Source of the DNA: a virus
Lineage: Duplodnaviria > Caudoviricetes
Virus record (IMG/VR): IMGVR_UViG_3300049189_000088
Span: 1-27,654 of that record
Strand: one strand, 5' to 3'
Length of the DNA stretch: 27,654 bases
Shown here: piece after piece, positions 6,316-14,900 of the stretch
Layout: each line of letters opens with the position of its first letter
Position numbering within the stretch: the stretch's first letter is position 1
Notes under the pieces: generated by a model
Seen by the model: the letters and a program-made list of their open reading frames with translations, nothing else
What the model was told of the DNA's origin: nothing
Databases searched by the model: none
Made by a program: the position numbers and the translations under genes

Positions 6316-9300
6316 ATGGACCTTGGTGACCTGAAAGTAAACCTGCGCCTCATGGCCGATGGCTTCGAGGTCACCGCTCGTCGCGCCGGCCAGGTGCTGC
6401 GCACCCTGTCGGGCAACTTCGATCAGACCGCGGCAGCGGCGCGGCGCACCGAGGATGCGATGCACCGCTCGATGGGCAGCTTCAAGAGCACCGTCGTCAC
6501 CCTGGGCGCGCTGCGGTTCGCGCTGATGGACCTGGACGACTTCCTGCTCGCGTTCCCGAAGTCCGTCGCCCGCGCCGGCGGCGAGTTCCAGCGCATGCAG
6601 ACCCTCATGGAGGGCCTGTCCAAGTCGAGCGACGAGCTCACGCGCAAGATGGAAGGCGTGCGCGACATGGCGACGGTCATCGACTTCGCCAAGCGGGCGC
6701 CGTTCGAGATGAAGGCGCTCACCGACGTCTTCGTCAAGCTCAAGACCGCCGGGCTGGACCCCGCGGCCGGCTCGATGGAAGCGCTCGTGCAGTCGGGCGC
6801 CAAGTTCGGTGCCACCTCCGACACCATGAAGCGCGCCGCGGTCGCCATCCAGCAGATGAGCGGCAAGGGCGTCGTCTCGATGGAAGAACTGCGCCAGCAG
6901 CTGGGTGAGGCGATCCCCAACGCGATGCAGCTGATGGCGCGCGGTCTGGGCATGAGCGTCGCCGAGCTGACCGACAAGGTGAGCAAGGGCGTCGTCAAGT
7001 CCAGCACCGCCATCGCGCGCATGTTCGCCCAGATGGAGCTCGACGCGAAGGGCTCCGCCGAGCGCATGGCCGCTACCTTCCCCGGCGCGCTGGAGAAGCT
7101 GAAGACCGACTGGGAGCTGTTCCAGAAGACCGTCGCCGACCAGGGCTTCCTGAGCGCGCTGGGCTCCGCGATGAAGGAGCTGTCGGACTTCCTGAGCTCG
7201 CCGGCGGGCCAGCAGTTCGCCGTCTCGGTGGGGCGCGGCCTGCGCGACCTGACTGAAGGGGCGATCGAGTTCGCCCGCTGGCTCGCGCAGAACATCGAAG
7301 GTGTCAAGAACCTGGGCATCGCCCTGGTGTCGGCATTCGGTGGCAGCAAGCTCGCCGGCGCCTACCAGTCGATCAGCGGTCGCATCAACGCGGTACGCCA
7401 GCAGCAAGAGCGTGTCGCGGAAGAAGCCCGGGCGAACAACGCTCGCGAACTGCAGGCGCTGGACCGCAAGCAGCAGGCGCTCACCAAGCAGCTTCGCACC
7501 CAAGAGCAGCACCTGCGGATGGAGACCGAAGCTCGTCAGCAGGCAATCGGTGCCGAGCTCGAGCGCTTCAACCAGTACAAGGCGCAGCAGCTGGCCGGTC
7601 TGCAGGAGATCCGCCAGGCCAAGCGCCAGGCGGCGCAGGAGGAGATCACCCAGCTGCGCTCGCTGCAGGCTGACCGTGCCCGCATCCTCGCCGAGGAGCG
7701 CCGGCAGGGCGCCACCGGCGGGTTCAACGTGACGGGCACCACCCCGGGTGCGCGCCCTGCGAATCCGGGCGCCCTGCTGGGCGGGGCGACGTCGGGCTCC
7801 GCACTGCGTGACATCGAGCGCCAGATCGACGCCCAGCGCCGGCGTGTGGCCGCGACCATCGCCGAAACCAAGGCGGTGGGCGACCTGATGAACGCCAAAG
7901 CAGCTGAGCAGCTGCATGCGAACACGGGGCTTGGCAACCTGGAGCGGCAGATCGCCCGCACCCGCGAGCTGATCGACGCCAACGGTCGACTCATCACTCA
8001 GAAGCGCGAGATCCCCACGGTGGTCGGCCAAGCCACCAGCGCGGTCGGCGCGTTCGCCCGCTCGCTGGCCGGCAGCATCGGCTTCGCAGCAGCGTTCTAC
8101 GCGGCGATCGAGGCGCTCGTGTGGATCTACAACAAGCTGACCAAGGCGGCGCGCGAAGCTGCCGCGGCGCAGCTGGCGTCCCAGCGCGCGAAGGTCGGTC
8201 AGGCGATCGACGACGACCCGCAGACGCTGCAGTCGGACATTGCGAACAAGCAGAAGGAGCTGGCAGACCTCGAGCTGCAAAAGCGTCGCGCGACCGCGGG
8301 TCTCAAGCGCACCGGTGGCGCGTCGTTCGAGCTTGAGCTTCAGCGACTCAATCCGCAGATCGACGCATTGCGGGCACAGATCAACGGGCTGCAGAGCGAC
8401 CTGGCGAAGGCGAACGAGACCGTTTCGAGCAACCGGGTGATGCGCGATTCGCAGTCGCTGCTGACCAAGATCGAGCGCGAGGCCGACGCCCTGCTCAAGC
8501 AGACCGACATCTTCACCCGCTACCGCAAGCTGGCGGCGGACGAGGAGGCAGCCTCCCGGGCGGGCAACAAGGAGGCGCTGGACAAGACGCGCACCGAGAT
8601 GACCAAGATGGGCCCGGAGCTGGCCCGGGCGAAGCTCGACATCTACGCAAGGGCGTCAGATGCGGCGATCGCCGGCATGAAGGGCGTCGACGCCAAGACG
8701 GTCGAAGCGGTCAAGAATGGTGCCGCGGACATGCGCAAGTCCCTGGTGGACAACCTGCGCATGATCGAGAGCCCGGACGTCCTGACCAAGGGCAAGAAGG
8801 ACAAGAAGACCAAGGGTGACTCGCCGTTCGAGAACTTCATCCAGTCGCAAGAGCGCGCCATTCAGCAGCTGCGCAACCACGCCGACACCTGGCGTGATGG
8901 CATCGTCACGATCGAGGACCTGAAGCGCAACGCCGAAGCCACGATCGCGGAGATGGAGAAGTTCGGCGACTTCGGCAAGGGCGTCAAGCTCAGCGCAGGG
9001 CAGCGCAACCAGGCAATCGAAGCCATCTTCGGGCGCTCCAAGCTCGAGGCGATCGAGCAAGCGCGCTCCAAGCTGATCCCGCTGCTGCGTGACCTGGGTG
9101 CGGAGGAGGCGCGCGTCGCGGAAGTGTTCTCCGGCGAGAAGGTCTACAAGCAGGACCGCCAGGTCAAGGCGGCGGAACAGATCATCCGCCAGCTCGAGCC
9201 CTGGAAGGACGTGCTCAAGGCGCTGCTCGACGAGGCTGGTCTGACCTGGGAGCAGTTCACCGCGAAGCTGCGTCAGCCGGCCAACTTCACCGCGCTGGCT

Positions 9301-10518
9301 GCAGTCACGGAAAGCCTGCGCGACGCAACCAAGCAGCTGGAAGACGACCTGGTGACCGACGACCGGGAGCGCCAGCGCATCATCACGCGCACCCGCATCG
9401 AGGAGGCGGGCAAGCGCCTGGCTGCCGAGACGACTACGCTGCTCGCCACGGGCAGACTCAATGACGAGCAGATGCGTCGCATCCGCGAGTCGTACGCCGC
9501 GCTGCAAGGCTACATCGACCGCGAGAACGCCGCGCTCGCGATCAAGACCCGCACGCTCGGGCAGCAGCTGGCAGATGAATGGTCCAAGGGCATGCTGTCC
9601 ATGGAGCGCGCCACCGCGCGCTGGGCGGATGACTTCGTCGACCGCCTGGTCGACGGCGCCGACAAGGTCGACAAGATCGTCAAGGATATGGTCATCGGCG
9701 CCCTGAAGGACATGGCGAAGATCAAGATGAAGGAGACCATGTCCGGGGGCATCGGCACCATGCTCGACAGCATGACCGGCTCGCTGGGCAGCCTGCTGGG
9801 GCTCAAGGGCGCCGGTGGCGCGCAGCGTCAGCCCACCGTCAACGCGGATGGCTCGACCAATGTGCGCATCGTGGGCGGCAACGGTCCTGACGTGCCGGGC
9901 GCCGGTGCCGAAGCGCAGCAGACGAGCTTCCTGGACAAGCTGCAGCAAGGCATGTCTCGGGTGTGGAACTGGGCCCAGTCGGCGTTCACCCGCGTGACCA
10001 ATTTCCTCACCGAGAACCTGACGTTGGCGTTCGACTCGCTCAAGGGCGTGCTCAGCCAGATCTGGAGCTCGGTCAGCTCCGCGGCCAGCAGCATCCCGTG
10101 GGGAGACCTGGCGGCTGCGGCGGCGAGCTTCTTCGGCTTCGCCAACGGCGGCATCATGACCCAGCATGGTCCGGTGTCGCTGCGCGCGTACGCCAACGGC
10201 GGCATCGCCAACCGTCCGCAGCTGGCGCTGTTCGGCGAAGGCAGCCGTCCCGAGGCGTTCGTGCCGCTGCCCGACGGCAAGCGCATCCCCGTCGCGCTGC
10301 AGGGCGGCGGAGCTGGTGCCCCGGCTGCGCCAGCGACGGTCAGCGAGGCGCCCCAGGTCACGGTGAACCTCATCAACCAGAGCGGTCAGCAAATGGACGC
10401 GAAGCAGGGCGCCATGAAGTTCGACGGGCGCCAGGCGGTGCTCGACATCGTGCTGCAGGGCGCCTCCCAACCGGGCCCGTTCCGCGACAGCTTCCGCAAC
10501 GTGATGAACCAGAAGTAG
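6316..10518 (+). CDS. Tail tape measure protein
   Basis: 1400 aa, Ala-rich and helical; N-terminal tape_meas motif (QQMSGKGVVSMEELRQQLGEAIP); C-terminal FANGGI...LFGEGSRPEAFVPL; synteny. Confidence 0.95.
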   Translation: MDLGDLKVNLRLMADGFEVTARRAGQVLRTLSGNFDQTAAAARRTEDAMHRSMGSFKSTVVTLGALRFALMDLDDFLLAFPKSVARAGGEFQRMQTLMEGLSKSSDELTRKMEGVRDMATVIDFAKRAPFEMKALTDVFVKLKTAGLDPAAGSMEALVQSGAKFGATSDTMKRAAVAIQQMSGKGVVSMEELRQQLGEAIPNAMQLMARGLGMSVAELTDKVSKGVVKSSTAIARMFAQMELDAKGSAERMAATFPGALEKLKTDWELFQKTVADQGFLSALGSAMKELSDFLSSPAGQQFAVSVGRGLRDLTEGAIEFARWLAQNIEGVKNLGIALVSAFGGSKLAGAYQSISGRINAVRQQQERVAEEARANNARELQALDRKQQALTKQLRTQEQHLRMETEARQQAIGAELERFNQYKAQQLAGLQEIRQAKRQAAQEEITQLRSLQADRARILAEERRQGATGGFNVTGTTPGARPANPGALLGGATSGSALRDIERQIDAQRRRVAATIAETKAVGDLMNAKAAEQLHANTGLGNLERQIARTRELIDANGRLITQKREIPTVVGQATSAVGAFARSLAGSIGFAAAFYAAIEALVWIYNKLTKAAREAAAAQLASQRAKVGQAIDDDPQTLQSDIANKQKELADLELQKRRATAGLKRTGGASFELELQRLNPQIDALRAQINGLQSDLAKANETVSSNRVMRDSQSLLTKIEREADALLKQTDIFTRYRKLAADEEAASRAGNKEALDKTRTEMTKMGPELARAKLDIYARASDAAIAGMKGVDAKTVEAVKNGAADMRKSLVDNLRMIESPDVLTKGKKDKKTKGDSPFENFIQSQERAIQQLRNHADTWRDGIVTIEDLKRNAEATIAEMEKFGDFGKGVKLSAGQRNQAIEAIFGRSKLEAIEQARSKLIPLLRDLGAEEARVAEVFSGEKVYKQDRQVKAAEQIIRQLEPWKDVLKALLDEAGLTWEQFTAKLRQPANFTALAAVTESLRDATKQLEDDLVTDDRERQRIITRTRIEEAGKRLAAETTTLLATGRLNDEQMRRIRESYAALQGYIDRENAALAIKTRTLGQQLADEWSKGMLSMERATARWADDFVDRLVDGADKVDKIVKDMVIGALKDMAKIKMKETMSGGIGTMLDSMTGSLGSLLGLKGAGGAQRQPTVNADGSTNVRIVGGNGPDVPGAGAEAQQTSFLDKLQQGMSRVWNWAQSAFTRVTNFLTENLTLAFDSLKGVLSQIWSSVSSAASSIPWGDLAAAAASFFGFANGGIMTQHGPVSLRAYANGGIANRPQLALFGEGSRPEAFVPLPDGKRIPVALQGGGAGAPAAPATVSEAPQVTVNLINQSGQQMDAKQGAMKFDGRQAVLDIVLQGASQPGPFRDSFRNVMNQK

Positions 10519-10522
10519 AGCC

Positions 10523-10891
10523 ATGCCCGCACCGATCTTTCCGACCCTGCCCAGCGGGTCCCTGCCTGACTCCAGCAAGTTCGAAATCGAGCTGGAGGAC
10601 AACACCGTCAGCGAGGAGCTCGAGGGCGGCTACACCATCACCCGGGCGCGCACCACGCGCCGGGGGCGGCGCATCTACAAGGTGGGCTTCACGTTCATCA
10701 CGGAAGCCGACCGCGCCGCGCTCGAGCAGTTCTGGGAGACCACCAGCGGCAACGCGCTGATCTTCGTGTGGACCAACCCCCAGGACAACGTGCAGCAGAA
10801 CGTGCGCTTCAAAGGCACCCTGAGCTTCAAGTACGTGGGTCGGCTGAGCGAGCAGCGCTGGGATTGCGACTTCAAGGTGCAGCAGGCATAA
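10523..10891 (+). CDS. Distal tail protein (lambda gpM-like)
   Basis: 122 aa after the tape measure; LEGGYTITRAR...LEQFW...FVWTNP pattern. Confidence 0.75.
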   Translation: MPAPIFPTLPSGSLPDSSKFEIELEDNTVSEELEGGYTITRARTTRRGRRIYKVGFTFITEADRAALEQFWETTSGNALIFVWTNPQDNVQQNVRFKGTLSFKYVGRLSEQRWDCDFKVQQA

Positions 10892-10892
10892 T
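10864..10892 (+). promoter_or_regulatory. possible sigma70-like promoter for tail tip genes
   Basis: TTGCGA 10864-10869, 17 bp, CATAAT 10887-10892; box 5 covers the predicted +1. Confidence 0.45.
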
Positions 10893-10909
10893 AAGTCAGC
10901 AATGACTTA
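10892..10909. repeat. 18-bp palindromic box 5 TAAGTCAGCAATGACTTA
   Basis: ATAAGTCA-GCAA-TGACTTAT has perfect 8-bp arms; contains ATG 10902. Confidence 0.88.
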
Positions 10910-11546
10910 TACAAAGCAAAGCCTCTCCGTCGCGACGGCTCTGGAGAAGAACCGTCTCGACTCCGATGTCCCGTTCCTGGTTGCCCTCGACATCGAGGTG
11001 GTGAACCCGGCGACGGCCGTTGTCGTGGAGGTGCTGCATTTCGTGCTCAACAGCGAGGAGATCACCTTCAACGGGATCGCCTACCAGCCCGCCATCTTCG
11101 ATGTGAAGTTCTCCAACGAAGCGGGCGCGCAGAGCACCGTCGACCTGACCGTCAAGGACCTGACCGGCGCGGTGCAAGCGCGCATGGAGGAGTACGGCGG
11201 CGGGGTGGGCTTCAACGTCACGATGTACGTGCTCAACGCCGGCGCGCTCGACGAGGAGCCCGAGGTGGTGGAGTTCTTCCAGGTCACCGGCTCGAGCGCC
11301 GCGGACTACCACTGCCACTTCCGCCTGGGCGCGGAGAACGAGGTCATGAAGACCTTCCCGCGCCGGCGGCAGACCAAGGACTTCTGCCAGTGGCGCTACA
11401 AGGACCCGGTCACCTGTCGCTACACCGGCGGGCTCGCCACCTGCGACCTGACGCTGCAGGGCTCCAACGGCTGCGCGGCGCACAACAACACGATCAACTT
11501 CGGCGCCTATCCCGGGCTGAACAGCAACGGGATGCGCTATGCGTAG
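10902..11546 (+). CDS. Minor tail tip protein (lambda gpL-like, putative Fe-S Cys cluster)
   Basis: C-terminal CQWRYK..CRYTG...CDLTL..C...NFGAYPG four-Cys motif of the gpL family. Confidence 0.85.
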   Translation: MTYTKQSLSVATALEKNRLDSDVPFLVALDIEVVNPATAVVVEVLHFVLNSEEITFNGIAYQPAIFDVKFSNEAGAQSTVDLTVKDLTGAVQARMEEYGGGVGFNVTMYVLNAGALDEEPEVVEFFQVTGSSAADYHCHFRLGAENEVMKTFPRRRQTKDFCQWRYKDPVTCRYTGGLATCDLTLQGSNGCAAHNNTINFGAYPGLNSNGMRYA

Positions 11547-11925
11547 CCCGCTGCCGCCCTGGTCTGACCTGATCGGCAAGCCCTTCGAGTACGGAGCGCG
11601 CGGGCCGGACAAGTTCGACTGCTACGGCCTAGTCATCGAGATGCACCGCCGCCGCGGCATCGTCATTCCCGAGTACGTCTCGCCCACCAAGCTCGAGGAG
11701 ATCGCCGTGCTGATGGCGGGCGAGAAGCGTCACTGGCAGCTGCTGGCGACGCCCGAGCCGGGCTGCGTCGTCGCGATCCGCGTGCGCCGCATGGTCGCCC
11801 ACGTCGGCGTGGTGATCAGTCGGACCGACTTCCTGCACACCTGGGAAAGGACCCACGGGGTCACCCTGGAACCGCTTTCGCTGTGGGAGCGCCACATCGA
11901 GGGCTTCTACCGCTTCGCCCCATGA
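11539..11925 (+). CDS. NlpC/P60 tail assembly protein (gpK-like, NlpC domain only)
   Basis: LIGKPFEYGARGPDKFDCYGLV...HVGVVI...FLHT gives the Cys-His-His motif. Confidence 0.88.
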   Translation: MRSPLPPWSDLIGKPFEYGARGPDKFDCYGLVIEMHRRRGIVIPEYVSPTKLEEIAVLMAGEKRHWQLLATPEPGCVVAIRVRRMVAHVGVVISRTDFLHTWERTHGVTLEPLSLWERHIEGFYRFAP

Positions 11926-14900
11926 GCAGCTGCACCCTCAACCTCGTCGAGCTGCCCAACCCGCTCAAGCCGCACGAGATCTTCAAGTCCACCCGCGAGT
12001 TCAGTGTCGGCGCGTCCGTGCAGGACCTGTACCCGCGCGTCGGCACGGTCGAGCTCGTCATCGCCCTGAACGGCAAGATCATCCCTGCCGAGGAGCGCGC
12101 CACGACGCCGATCTCGGACGGCGACTACCTGGTGGTCGCCCCGGTGCTGCACGGCGGCGAAGACGGCAAGCAGGTGCTGCGCATCGTCGCGCTGATCGCG
12201 CTGGCGGTGTTTGCCCCGGCGGTGGCCGCGCAGCTGTCGTTCGCCATGGGTGGGGGCATGTTCCTGGGCTCGGTGACGGGCCTGGCGGTGATGGAGGCGG
12301 GCGTGATGCTCGCCGGCGGCATGCTCATCAACGCGCTGCTGCCCCCGCCCAAGCCCAAGCAGCCGCAGGAGAGCTCGCCCACCTATGGCATCGACGGCGC
12401 GAAGAACACCTCCGCCGAGGGTGTGCCCACGCCGGTGATCTATGGGGAGTTCCGCTACGGCGGCAACATCCTGAACAACTACGTCGTCAACGACGGCGAC
12501 ACCCAGTGGCTGTACATCCTGCTCAATGCGGGTGAGGGCCCGATCGGTGTGATCAACGAGCAGAGCATCGAGCTCAACGGCCAGCCCATCTCTGCATTCA
12601 AGGACTGGTGGATCGAGCAGCGCGACGGCTCGCACGACCAGACGCCCATCCCGTGGTTTGCCGACACGCAGGTTCCGCAGACGGTCAACCACAAGTTGAC
12701 CCAGACCTTCCACCAGTTCACGACCACCACCGAGGTCGACCGGTTGCGCTTCGACTTCACCGCGCCGGCGGGCATCCAGTACATCGGCGCCGGCGGCGAC
12801 GCACAGAATGCCTCGGTGCCGGTCGAGATCCAGTACCGCCTGAACGGCACCACGACCTGGCAGACGCTGCCGGGCTCGGGCAGCGTCACCGGCTACGACA
12901 CCGTCAACAAGTGGGACCGCGTGGTCCTCACGATGGACGAGTACGGCAATCCGATCCTGTACACGACCTACGTGCCCACGGGAGCCGAGGTCCTGGTGGG
13001 CAACACCTGGTACATCGAGCGCGTCGGCGCCGACGGCAACCCGGAGATGATGAAGGTCGGCGAGCGGATCGTCTCGGCGGTGTCCAACACCAACCTGTTC
13101 GTCGTCTCCGGCAACCAGACCACTGCGCTGCGTCGCTCGTTCTTCAGCCATCCGCTGCCCGAGGGCGTGTACGACGTGCGCGTGCGCCGCACCACGGAAG
13201 AGCTCTTCGGCCAGGACATCGGCGAAGACACCATGATCGACCAGCTGTACTGGACCGACGTGGTGGAGATCACGACCGAGGATGTCGCGTACCGTCACAC
13301 CGCGCTGCTGGCGCTGAAGATCCGCCTGGGCGACCAGCTCAGCGGCATCCCGACGATCACCTACATCCACCCGGGCAAGAAGATCCAGGTGTGGAACGAG
13401 CAGACCCAGCAGTGGGTGTACGAGTCCAACGCAAGCCCCGCCTGGGTGACCTTCGACATCCTGTCCAACCAGCGCTACGGGGGCGGCGCCGCCCGCTCGC
13501 GCTTCGTGCTGGACAAGTGGAAGGACTGGGCGATCTACTGCGCCGAGAAGCAGCTGAAGTTCAACGGCGTGTTCGACACCCAGACCAACGTCTGGGATGC
13601 GTCGCAGATCTCCATGCGCTGCGGTCACGCGCAGATGGTGCGCGTGGGCACGCGCTACAGCGTCGCCATCGAGCGGGCGGAAGAGCCCGTGATGATGTTC
13701 TCGGTGGCGAACATGATCAAGGGCTCGTTCCGCGAGTCCTGGACCAGCGTGGCCGAGCGCGCCAACGAGATCGAGGGCACCTACCACGACAAGGAAGACA
13801 GCTACAAGCCACGCACGATCCGCGTCTACGACGCCGCGGCGATCAACGCCGGGCACCCGCAGCGCTCGACCCCCGTCGAACTGAAGGGGGTCACCTCCGC
13901 GCAGCAGGCGTGGGACGACCTGAACATCATGCTGAACATGAACCGCTACATCCAGCGGTCCATCCAGTTCAGCGCGCCGGTGGAGGCGATCGCCTGCACC
14001 ATCGGCAGTGTCATCCTGGTGCAGCACGACATGCCCGCCTGGGGCGTGGGCGGACGCGTCGAAGCGGGCAACACCACCACCGTCGTGAACCTGGACCGGC
14101 CGGTCACGATGGAGCAAGGCAAGCTGTACAAGCTGTGGGCGCACCACAGCGCGGTGCAGCGCTACACGGGCACGGTCGCGTCGGTGGTCAACGGCGCCGA
14201 GCAGACCTCGCTCGTGCTCAACGGATTCAACGGCACCCAGGTCGTCGACCGCATCAAGGTCGCCGGCAAGGATGTACGGGTCGACGCGGTGTTTCAAAGC
14301 GGCGCGCAGTGGGGCGTGACGATCGCTTCGACCGCGGTCAGTGCGGGCGCCGCCTACGAGCTGTGGGCCACCGACGTCATCGAGACGGTCGACGTCAACA
14401 ACCCATCGACCGGCGCTGCGGTGACGGTCGAGCAGGTCACGCTCGCCGCGGCGCTGGTGCAGGCGCTGCCGCAGTATTCGAACTTCATGTTCGGCGAGGT
14501 GAACAAGGTCGCCAAGCCGTTCCGGGTGAAGTCGATCTCGGGCACGCACGAGTCCAAGCGCGACATCGTGGCGCTCGAGTACAACGCGAGCGTGTACAAC
14601 CCCGCCGGCGCGGTGCCCACGCCGAACTACTCGAGCCTGGTCACCACGGTCCAGCACGTGACCATCGACGGCGTCGACGAGAGGATCGTGCAGCACGGCA
14701 TCTCGTATAAGTCACGAGTGACTGTGCGCTACTCGTCGAGTCAGCAGACCTACCAGTCGTCCAACGTCTACCTGTCGCGCAACGGCGGCGCGTTCGAGTG
14801 GGTGGGCAAGGACATCTACTCGGTGACGGTCGACGGCGCCACTGGCGAGGTGCTGAAGTTCAAGGTGGTCGCGGTGGACGTGACGGGCAAGAGCGCGCCC

